Assembly (NCBI GenBank): GCA_964187785.1
Contig: OZ076421.1
Coordinates: 36,084,001-36,148,000 of the forward strand
From: Amphiscolops sp. MND2022
Lineage: Eukaryota
DNA: 64,000 nt
Reading direction: 5' to 3'
Both the position numbers and the translations under genes were made by a program. Shown here piece after piece: positions 1 to 9,823 of this stretch (position 1 is the first letter of the stretch; every line of letters starts with the position of its first letter). The notes under the pieces were generated by a model. The model worked only from the letters and a program-made list of their open reading frames with translations. It had not been told where the DNA came from and did not search any database.

Positions 1-250
1 CGTCTACATTGTCCCCGAATCGTAGTCGTGGCATTTTGAGTTTTTTGCTTCTTCGGTTGTAGTGATGTTAGTGGTTTTGTCAGCTTTTGGGGGTGCAGCA
101 TTGTGTCGTTTGGGGCGCGGATCAACGGCTGCGTTGGCGCCATTCCAGCAATCCTCTGTCTTGTGGGGTTTCCCACAGGTGTCACGTTTTGGCTTGAGTG
201 GTCGGTTTCCGATTTCACCGCTTATGTTGGATTGGATGACACATACTTGG
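1..250 (-). mobile_element. gag: Ty3/Gypsy gag C-terminal fragment (zinc knuckle) with gag-pol slippery site; continues off the left edge
   Basis: Minus-strand peptide DTCGKPHKTEDCWNGANAA is a CX2CX3-4HX4C-like knuckle similar to those in elements B and C. It is followed by in-frame A AAA AAC (plus 40-46) and TGCCACGAC, as at the gag end of element C. Confidence 0.7.
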
Positions 251-1485
251 TAGCTTCCACCCACACTTCTTGAATTCTTATATAGTTCCAGATAAGAAAA
301 AACTTATAACATTTATCGAAGTCAAGCTTCATTCCCCCTGGCATGGCCCCAGAGTATTCCGAAGCAAGGTATGATAAGTTTCGAGTTGAATCTTAGACTT
401 TCACATAAAGCATACTTTCAGCGGAAAGGAAGCGTTATACCCAAAGGTGATACTATTTTAGTTCAATTTGACAAGATAATCAAATTTGACAAGCAATATA
501 CTTCGGATATAAAGTCAAAAGTTCAAGTTCGGATATAATGTGCTGTGCCACATGGCAGCGCACTTTTTGAGAACTTCCGCCTTCCCCGTAGTAAAAAGCA
601 ATATATGTCAGGCACAAAAAATACCCTATAAGATTATGAGTCCAAGTCTTCTCGTTTACCCTGGAATACCCAAGGTTCAAAACCTCCATCTGCCGGATTA
701 ATTAACAGCTGCAGTTTTCAGATTGCTATATGTGGCTACATTCAAAAACAGCTTCACTAGCTCGCAAAATAGCAATAAAATGACAGCTTTCAGGTATTCA
801 TTTGCTGAGTCAATTTCTCCTACATTTTTACTCCATAGTGCTTCAATTCAGTGCATCGCTTCCAATTGGATACAAAATACCCTTTTAATTACCAAAAGAT
901 CTCTCAATTAAACTTTTTAATCCCTGACGTGATTGGTTGAAAATGAAAGACAGCAAAAGATTTTACTGAATTTTTTTCGAAACAAAGAAGAAATAATGAA
1001 AATAATTCTCTTCCAGTATCTTTGAATTTCTCAACTCATTTATGCTTCGCGGATTATTTCTTGATTATTGATGATTATTTCTTTACCAGTTTCAATATAT
1101 TCAGTTCAAATTGCTGCTTTCAATTTTCAGAGAAAGTTTCAGCCTTCGCCAAAATATTGTTGATCGATCAATTATCAAAATTCTCGGCAATAATTGTTGA
1201 CAACAGCTGAAATATACAAATGAATTCAACCAATGCAATCGTGTCATTTTTTTTGAAATTATTGCTTCCTCAAGTTCAACCAAAAGAAATCAATTAAATA
1301 ATTGAAAACACCCCCAAAAAGTGACCCTCCAAAAGACCTTGTTTTAGCAATCGAATTTGGGTGACGGACCAATTTCGATTTTGATTCGCATCACAGGGTA
1401 CAATGATCCAAGACTTTCTATACCTCTGCATTCTGTTGTTAATTCTTGATCGTTTTATTCCTCTGCAAACTTTTTCCATGTCCAG

Positions 1486-1585
1486 CAGGGCACGTGCTGT
1501 GAGATACATCACGTGGGATGACGTCAGACGCAACAAACGGATGACAGCCGGGGTCATCCAGAGCACACTGGGTTTGAGTAGGAAG
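1486..1585 (+). CDS. possible isolated host exon, product unknown
   Basis: GC-richer 100-nt block between a pyrimidine tract with tandem acceptors (tccagcag) and a strong donor aag|gtaaga; open frame RARAVRYITWDDVRRNKRMTAGVIQSTLGLSRK. Confidence 0.25.
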
Positions 1586-1627
1586 GTAAGAAATATCACA
1601 AAGAGGATAAACAAGCCAAAAGTCATG

Positions 1628-2069
1628 AGTCGGCGCCCCGCTTAAGGCTCAAAAATAGCAAAAGGATTTCAAAGTGTCATGCATTGACTTCCTCAGTACC
1701 AGAAATACCCAAAGGGGGCCGAACTGGCGCGCTAACAGAGGGACCCTCTGGGATTTTTGGACATCCATACTGTTGCTGCAAAATATCAGAAATTTAAGGG
1801 GGACCCGTTAGAGACATTTACACATTACCGAAAAAATCTCACAGTGCCGAAACAAATCGAAAGGACAACCCTTTAGTGTAATCTGGTTTTGTAAGTTACA
1901 TTAAAAAAAGGAACAACTATGATAGTTCAATTCTCTAGGCCAAATGCTACAATTTGCAATTTAGCTCTTACAACTTTGTAGGGCTTGAAGAACACTTTTC
2001 GTCAGTTCGTTTGGATTGAAAAAAAGCCACTACTATCATCGCGTTTCACATCTTCGTGAAGCGTCGACT
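1628..2069. mobile_element. MITE-like short repeat family member (AGTCGGCGC...GCGCCGACT ends)
   Basis: Starts agtcggcgc, ends gcgtcgact; internal taaggctcaaaaatagc and gaccgaactggcg blocks shared with 21878-22494. Confidence 0.55.
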
Positions 2070-2229
2070 AAAAAACACTGAATTCTTTTTCGTGGCTACA
2101 ATATTTATTGAAGTAGATTTTCCATCCATACTACAGAAAAGGCAGTGAAGTTATTAATTGCCGAAAATCAATAGTATAAATTTTAACATTATTACTCACT
2201 TAAACTTGTGGGTGCTCTAACATATTTTT

Positions 2230-2587
2230 AGTCGGCGCATTTTCCCTTAAGGAAAAAAGCCGACTATTACAGTGGGTAGTTTTTTTTCAGCCTACAATCT
2301 CCTCTGAATGGTCCACTTTTCTTACAATTCTTACTTAGCTTACGAAGTAGTATTTTTACAGGATCTAAGAAACTCAACGGGGCCAAAGAGTACTCCCTTA
2401 GAGTATTTTCAGCTCTGTGACTTTTTTTTCGAAAAAAAGTTCCCACCAAAGTCTCCCCCCTTTCAGTTTTTTTCGGTATTGTGAGACTTTTTTCCAATTT
2501 GTTTTCATAAAAGGGTCCCCAATTCACCAATACTGTGACATTTTGAAGTTCTTCGGCTATTTTTGAGCCTTAGATATGGCGCCGACT
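2230..2587. mobile_element. MITE-like short repeat family member
   Basis: 9-bp inverted ends agtcggcgc (2230) and gcgccgact (2587); left part aligns with 49770 onward and with the head at 16642. Confidence 0.6.
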
Positions 2588-3229
2588 TGGGCCGTTCAGG
2601 AAGTGCTGTTTGATTTTTATTTGCTCAGCAGTGACATGAAACCTATTTAAAAAATTTATAGTTTTTGGCAGGATTATCCACAATGCTATTGTACTTTTGA
2701 AGAAACAGTTGTGAATGAAAAAACAGTTGCGAATTGAAAAATTAGTTGCAAATTGAAACAAAACAGTTGCGAATAGGATCTGTAACGTTATTGCATTGGA
2801 TGATAAGAAGAAATAAAAACCTAAAAATACAAAATTAAAAAAACCCACAGAAAAAAACCTAATTGGCGCCGAAATTTAAATAAATTCTAGCATATTTTCG
2901 AGACCTGTTTGTTTAGACCTGTTCAAGAAAGAAATGTTTTACAAAAATTGGCAAAAAGTGAATAAACAAGTTTTATCGTGGTTTACCTCAATGCATTTTA
3001 TCGAATCCCCCACTGATCTGTTTTTTTTTCGAAATTTACAAAACTAAGGGGTTGTTAGAAGGTTTAGTCATTGAAACTTTTTGGCACTGCGTGACAAGTG
3101 ACAATTTTAAAAACATAGGCGCGACGGCATGTCGCGCTTGGGCACAAGCAAAAACGTTCAATGGTCTGCAGAAGGTGTTACAAATTTTTTGTGTTCCAGG
3201 GCCCACAATCTTGTGAACTTATCCAGTCT

Positions 3230-4130
3230 CAGATGAGGATATTTTGACGAAAGAACTAAAAATAACTAAAAAAGAAAGTTTTTTTTGAGGAAAATGAAAA
3301 AATGTATTTTTGGCAGAAACCCGAAAGCGTCATACTTCATGACGGAAACTTTGATAGTACAAAAAATAGCCTACATACTTGCCTCACTTTGTGATGGAGA
3401 ATGGTTTTCGTATATATTTTCAGTTCTGAGAAAAATTAGCTTCAAATTGGAAAAAAAATCAGAAAAATTTTTTCATTACTTTATTTGCTAAAAAATCCAG
3501 AGCGAAAAATTCCGACATCACTTTTAGCCTAAAACGTAGCCTACATAAACCTCGTAAAATTAACGAAACCATGAACCCCATATTTGGTCTCGGTCATGAG
3601 ATATACGAGCTCAAGTAAAAAAGAACCAAGAATTTTTTTGAAAAAAAATTGAACTTTTTTTGGCAGAAAAAAGAAGCCGTCATACTTGATGACGGTAACT
3701 TTCTTGGTCCAAAAAGTAGCCTATATCTATGCCATTCTTCTCGAAAGAGAACGGTTTCTGTATCTTTTATCAGTTTTGAGAAATATGAGCTACGAATGAG
3801 AAAAGAATTTTCGAAAAAATGTTTGGCCTTTTTTTGCCCAAAAACACCAACTATGAAAAAAATGTTGACGTCATTTTTACGCCAAAATGTAGCCTATAAA
3901 GCGTTTGTACAATTTACGAAACCATGGACCCTGTATTCGGTCTCAGTTCTGAGATATAGGGGATCAAAGATGAAAAAGAGTCAAAAATAGCGTTTTTTCA
4001 AAAATTCTTTTGAAAAAAACCCATGAAGCCGAATTTTTTTCGAAACTTTTTTCCGGCAAAAATGTAGCCTAGGATCCTGCGCGAAAACATGGTGTCAGTG
4101 TCTGTTCTGGGTTTTGAGAAATTTGGCTCA
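3230..4130. repeat. degenerate ~175-bp tandem repeat arranged as ~350-bp dimers
   Basis: cgtcatactt at 3328 and 3678; gaaaccatg at 3565 and 3918; cagttctgaga-like blocks recur about every 165-180 bp. Confidence 0.65.
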
Positions 4131-4716
4131 CAAGTTTGAAAAATTGGCACATGTCACGAAATCTGCGAAAAAAAACGTCACCATATGGGCATCTCGCAAA
4201 GCTCGTGCCCCAAAAAAATTTCATCGAAGTCGTTTCATCCGACTTCCTTCTTCGAAAAACTTCCCGACTACTTTCACAAGAGTGAATACAAATGATTATC
4301 AATTGCTAACATCTCAATTAAACTGGATACCTGAACTCAACTTTCCTCAGTTAATAAAACCTGATACTCAAAATTTGAATGCCTACATTGGAACTTTCGC
4401 GATTGACCATCCTTATCGATTAAAAAACCCGAGTTTGTAATTAGTCGATTTTCTCGGAAACGTTGCAGAAGAAATTTCATTCAATCAAGTTTCAAAAATC
4501 AATCAAAAGTTTCAAGATATTTCTAAAGTGAAGTTTCATTGTAACACTCTCATTATTTTTTGCCGAATTTTCTTGGATTTTTCGACAGTTGCAGAGATAA
4601 CAACATCGCGTTAATCCTTTCGAATTTTTAGGAGTGTAGTCTAAAATGTCTGCAGAAAAAAGAATGCCGGTCTTACAACTACTGTGGGGGTAGAGTTTGT
4701 GTGCTCTCCTCTAAAG

Positions 4717-4818
4717 ACGTGTTTTCGGTGGGCCCTGACGTGGATGAGCACTTGACGGACGACACCGAATGTGTGTACAACGGCATGACCAAAAACGAGA
4801 CAGTTGTCTGTTCCCAAG
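4717..4818 (+). CDS. possible host exon
   Basis: Acceptor ctctcctctaaag and donor caag|gtttgg; open frame DVFSVGPDVDEHLTDDTECVYNGMTKNETVVCSQ. Confidence 0.25.
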
Positions 4819-5288
4819 GTTTGGGAGTATTCTTTCTAAACTGTTGCTCTCTTTGTAAAATGTGTCTTCCGTATTACCACTAACAGCTGCCGATTTTCAG
4901 AAGATTATTCGTAGAATTTCATCCAAGAAGTGCCTGTTATGGATATTGTAAGCAAAAGCAGAATCAATCTTAAGTAAACCAAATCGAGATCCCATGGGTT
5001 AAAAGCGGAGGCCCAGACCGCTCCCATCGAGGTTCCATTGATGGCCCATCAATGGTCCAGCAATTGTAATATAAGTTTGACCCGTCTGAAAAACTCAGAT
5101 TCGGTAAACTAGTTGTGAGTTTTAAGGGCCATGTCATGCAAACTTGGTTTTTGGTTTCAAGGGTTTCCTCAATAACACGGGTAGTATTGAGGACGTTTTT
5201 TGGCACCGCGTATCTTGAAGCCGATAGATATGTGTCCGTTATGTATTATTGAACTTTAAAACGACCCCCCTCCACGCTTTTTTCACAG

Positions 5289-5497
5289 GAGGAGAAGAGC
5301 AAGACATTCAGGACGACGATGACCCTGGATTCTGTGTCATCAACTTGAAGAGAGTGGACCACGAGTGGGGCGAGTGGGTTACACATACAACTGTCGACAC
5401 TCTGGACGAATACAAGGCAGGCATTGGGAGTAAAGAGAACATAAAAGAACAAAGTGCAAAAGGTCTAGGTTCCTTTTTGATGAAATACAAGAATTAG
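5289..5497 (+). CDS. possible host exon, weak C-type-lectin-like pattern
   Basis: Acceptor ttttttcacag; frame GGEEQDIQDDDDPGFCVINLKRVDHEWGEW; the DPGxC motif recurs at 20344-20501. Confidence 0.25.
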
Positions 5498-5506
5498 CGA
5501 TTCCCA

Positions 5507-5678
5507 GAAATTTCGTCGTCGGAAATTGCGTCGTCGGAAATTGCGTCGTCGGAAATTGCGTCGTCGGAAATTTCGTCGTCGGAAATTTTGTCGTCGGAAA
5601 TTTCGTCGTCAGAAATTTTGTCGCCAGATATTTCGTCGTCAGAATATTCGTCGTCAGAAATTTCGTCGTCGGAAATTA
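5507..5678. repeat. 15-bp minisatellite (gaaatt[t/g]cgtcgtcg), about 11.5 copies
   Basis: Directly visible tandem units from 5507. Confidence 0.95.
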
Positions 5679-6511
5679 CACTCTATAAAACGTTGCATTT
5701 TATCTAAGCTATTAGGAATTGTCTAATGGTATTGATGTCTTAAAACTTATCGAATCTTGATAATTATCTAAATAATTATCGATAATTGTGCAATTATTGC
5801 TATCATTGACTTTTAGTGATGGTTTTAACAGAAAAAGTTTCGGACCATGTTCCTTATCCCTGCCACCCCAGATACACAATGTTTCTTTATCCCCCTCCAA
5901 ACACGAATTTGTTTCGACACTTGAAGCGAAAATTCCCCGGAAGCTCCGAATACAATGCAAATTTTCTCCGCCATAAATTAAATTGAGCAACAAAAAGAGA
6001 TTGCAGGGTTCATCATTTGGGTTTTCAAACAATTTGGGACTTTTTTAGTTTTCTTAAAACGAACTGCACGTTGATTTTCATCAGAAACAAATCAATTTGC
6101 TGACCTTGATGATCCTCTCAGTGATGTTTGGCACTGTGCTACTAATGGAAAAATATTTTCTGACAGATATTGGTTTTTTGAGCTTTTCCGTTTATCAAAG
6201 CAGTTTTTCGAGTACTGGCTGACCCCTTTGGTTATGTTTTGTCCTGTGTGACTAATGAGTTTTCTCAAAAAGTTTTAAAAATTGGGATTTTTGGCCAGTT
6301 TGCAGCTTTTTAAAAAATTTTGAATTTTCGGTATAGGTTTGCGAAGCGACTTTTTTGAACTTCAATCATTTAGATAAAACCACCATATCGCGTTTTGGTG
6401 ATATTAACGTTAAAAAACACTTTTAATTATCTGAAATAATTTTTAATTTTTAATTATCCCTCGGATTTTTTTCTTTTAACAGTATACGAAAAAGTTGCAG
6501 TGAAGATGTTT

Positions 6512-7294
6512 TGTAACGATAAGCGCTGGCGCTTGAACCGCAACTTAGAATGGAGGAACTAGAACAGCGAATATAATCTGGGACCTAGATCTCCGCGGCC
6601 CTAGCTCATTTTCCCTCCGAAGGAGCCAGTCCCAAGGTGGGGGAACCGTCTTGTAGGACGCTCTCTGGCCTGGTCCCAGTCTGTAACTGCTGAGAATAAC
6701 GGGCATCCGTCTCGGCCCTTTGCCTGGGACCACCGTTTAGACAGCCTTTAAAAACAATGCCAAGAATAAACAGTGTAAATTTCCATCTTCCACCTGATAT
6801 CGGAATAATATCTAAAATGGGGAATAAGATCTAAAATTGCACAAACCAGCGCTTGCGCTAGTTCAAACGGCTAAATCCAGCAAAAATACATCAAAGCACA
6901 CATCGGAATGGCAAACCACACAGCTAAAAAGCTGGGGCGCAGGGGCTCCAAGCACCAAACAAGGACAATTAAGCGAAAAGACTCATTTTACCGGTTTCTG
7001 CTACATAGGGTAGCATAATGCTGAAAATCGGTAAAACCGGTGTTAGCACCTCAAAAAGAGTCTATATTCGAATGTTCTTGCCGTCTCTGGCTTCTGTCAT
7101 GGCGGCGCGCCCGTATTTTTGCTCGTTCTTGCTCTTTGTTGTCGAAGTACCTGCCAATTTCGTGGAAACAGCGAAAAGAGCAATCACATGCTCAGTGCCA
7201 CGTCACACATCGAATTAGAACTTTTGACAAAATTTCTGAACATGTCAAAGTTGCAAAATCAGTTGATATTGCTGTACCAGAGCTTGCCGTTACA
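6512..7294 (-). repeat. element A 3' LTR (783 bp)
   Basis: TGTAAC...GTTACA termini; first ~200 bp and last ~120 bp closely match 14501-15226. Confidence 0.8.
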
Positions 7295-7307
7295 TCACTC
7301 CCCGGGC
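7295..7307 (-). other. polypurine-tract-like plus-strand primer of element A
   Basis: Minus strand reads gcccGGGGAGTGA immediately before the TGTAAC LTR start. Confidence 0.55.
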
Positions 7308-8401
7308 TTTATGCATGACGTCCCTGTTATGCGGAGAGGCTGGCATTGAATACATCGCCACATCATGAGTGCAATCCACGGGGATCTCAAACTGGTGATG
7401 TTGCAAGGGTCCAGTGGCACTGTCATCTTTTGCTGATTGGACAACTGCTTGGGTCTTGCCATCCAGAGAACCTGCATCGTCCACAAACTGTTGAAACAGA
7501 GCTAGCTCGAGAGCTAGAAAACCAGTACTCAAAAATGCACCTTGAAATTGATCAAATCCAAGCTTCCATACATCAATCAAAAAAGCACCACTTTTTTAGC
7601 ACGAGTTTTCTGCAAAAGTCTGAATAGGATTCTGCTAGCACTTTGGTTTTTGGACGTCTAAAATTTCTTTTACGGAGCGCTCACGCTCCAACGCGCACGT
7701 GGTTCTCAGCAAAACATCCTTTCCACGGCAATAAAACTTCAGTTTGCAGCACAGTTAAAAGTTTTTTTTTGCTAAAACTTCTTTTCAGTGGAAAAACCAC
7801 TGTTTAAAAAGAAAACAGGCTGTTTCTTTGATACTTTTTTTACAGTTCGGCTCGGTTTGGGCAACACGCACTGAAGTGCAGCTCCATACCTGTGTAGAGT
7901 TCAGTAGCATCTGTCAAGGAACGCATCAGAAGCAAACTACGAACTGCTCATAAGCATAAGCACTGGAGTAAAGTAGCCAAAAATAGACAACATCCTGCAA
8001 TTTTGATACCTGGAGCGCGCGTGCTCCCGTTTTTTCTGGATACCGCATTGAAATTTGAAGGAATCTACTGGAAACCTTTGGAAAAATTTACGCGAAAACA
8101 AAAATAGCACCTTTCGGGTGAAGAGATACATGTAGAGTTTTTTTTAGAGTTTCTGTGTTACTTATTGAATTAACAGAAGTATTTGAATTCAAACATCTCA
8201 AATAAAACTAAAAACAAAAATGTCGCGACGTACGTTTACATGACTACTAAAATTAGGAAACAAAGTTGCCGAAAAAACTGCTCCAACAAGAACATCACGC
8301 TGCAAGGTATCCATTACCAAACGTAGTGATATCCTCCGGGCGTTATCCAATTGAGTTGATGAGCGTAGGGGTGTTTGTCTTCAACTGAGACTCCCCGGGC
8401 C

Positions 8402-9823
8402 TTAGTTGACTCCCCGGGCCTTAGTCGTTGAGCACCCTCTTTCACATGAGGATAGTGAGGAATGGACAAAATTGAATGCCTGGCATAAAAATGCAGCAGG
8501 AAAAATTAAGCGTTGACGACACCTCCTCCCCCTTTGAAAAGAAGTGGAGTGTGGTTTGGACTGGATGGACATCACCATCCAATAGCAGCAGGACGTGCAA
8601 CAAGCATGAAGCATCAGGAAATCCGATAAAGAGAACTGTGGAGACTGGGTCTGTCTCAAGACTGGAATAGTTGTTCGGAGGACGGCCACGCCTATGTCCC
8701 TTCGGTCGGAGCAACCATGGTAGAACTTGGCGTGGTGGACGGCGACGTCCATCATAAAGGGACAAGAGAACTTTTTGCCATGAGTGCTCACAGTCTGTGC
8801 GCGGTGGTCGACCACGTCTGTGACCAGTTGGTCGAGTTTTAGCTGAACCAGCAGACAACCAATTGATAAAGACTGGCGGGTCCACCTGAATAAAATCCCG
8901 TAGCCCACGTTCAGCAGAATGTGGCTCCAAGGAGTCTTCAGCAAAGTCGGTAGCAACTTCGTAGTTGATATTAGGGACTTTGTTCCAGGGAAGTGAGAGT
9001 TGCTTAAAGAATCCTGCGATAAGGAAATGGAGGATGAGATAGATATTCGTTCATTCTTCGTATCACTTGAGTAGAGGTTGCGCTCGCGCAACCCATTATC
9101 ACCGGCGTGATATTCAGGCAAAGTGTCAGCAATACACATGGTTGTGGTGTCCAAAGGTGTTGGGTCCACCCCCATGTCTTTTGTCGGCGGTGTCAATTGT
9201 TCTGATTCGACGGCGTCTGAAATATTGATAACGGCATTTCTGAGGTGTACCTGCACTTCTGCATTTATCAACTGCATTTGTGCTAACGCTCGCGCTAGCA
9301 GTTTCTCCCTGCGAAGCGTGCTTTGTTCCAAAAAGGCTGATATCTCATCCATCTGCTGCTCCAGGGCCTCTAATTGGTGGTCCTGTTTCTGATAAATCTG
9401 AACACAGGTTTCATAGAGAGAGGATCTTTTCGACAACGATACTGAACTAGGACTGGGAATCCTTATGCTCTTCTCCGGCTCGATACCCTGAGAGTTAGAT
9501 GGCATTGAGTCTAGAAAATTGAAGACATGTTCGAAACTATCCTCCAAAGGCCAATCTTTCAAGTTCAAATCCTCTAACTTCGTCGATCGGTCATGTTCAT
9601 TTACCATTTGGGATTCATTTTGAGGTTGAACATCCATTGGTAGTGCTGCACGAACACTCTTTTGTGCTGCACGGACACCCCTTCCCTCTTGAAAAAAGGA
9701 ACGGATGCGGCGGGAGATCTTCCCAAGTTTAATTTCAGCTTTAGAGGTTCCGAACTGCATCACTAGAACAACCTGTGTAACCAAGGTCAGTGTCCGGGTC
9801 AAAGTCAAGAGAATTTCTAGCAA
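8402..9823 (-). CDS. orphan 473-aa ORF inside element A (Ser-rich, coiled-coil-like)
   Basis: Longest ORF in the element, in the element's sense orientation; heptad-like QDHQLEALEQQMDEISAFLEQ; no gag/pol/env motif recognised. Confidence 0.55.
   Translation of the reverse strand: MLEILLTLTRTLTLVTQVVLVMQFGTSKAEIKLGKISRRIRSFFQEGRGVRAAQKSVRAALPMDVQPQNESQMVNEHDRSTKLEDLNLKDWPLEDSFEHVFNFLDSMPSNSQGIEPEKSIRIPSPSSVSLSKRSSLYETCVQIYQKQDHQLEALEQQMDEISAFLEQSTLRREKLLARALAQMQLINAEVQVHLRNAVINISDAVESEQLTPPTKDMGVDPTPLDTTTMCIADTLPEYHAGDNGLRERNLYSSDTKNERISISSSISLSQDSLSNSHFPGTKSLISTTKLLPTLLKTPWSHILLNVGYGILFRWTRQSLSIGCLLVQLKLDQLVTDVVDHRAQTVSTHGKKFSCPFMMDVAVHHAKFYHGCSDRRDIGVAVLRTTIPVLRQTQSPQFSLSDFLMLHACCTSCCYWMVMSIQSKPHSTSFQRGRRCRQRLIFPAAFLCQAFNFVHSSLSSCERGCSTTKARGVN
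8442..8930 (-). CDS. overlapping frame with three AT-hook-like RGRP repeats
   Basis: GHRRGRPPR, DGRRRPPR and GHRRGRPPN encoded by three degenerate DNA repeats; which of the two open frames is translated is unclear. Confidence 0.35.
   Translation of the reverse strand: MEPHSAERGLRDFIQVDPPVFINWLSAGSAKTRPTGHRRGRPPRTDCEHSWQKVLLSLYDGRRRPPRQVLPWLLRPKGHRRGRPPNNYSSLETDPVSTVLFIGFPDASCLLHVLLLLDGDVHPVQTTLHFFSKGEEVSSTLNFSCCIFMPGIQFCPFLTILM

Noticed and set aside
5526-5726. Arg-rich protamine-like ORF (RRRKLRRRK...)
   Set aside because: It is the translation of the 15-bp minisatellite, whose unit length is a multiple of 3.
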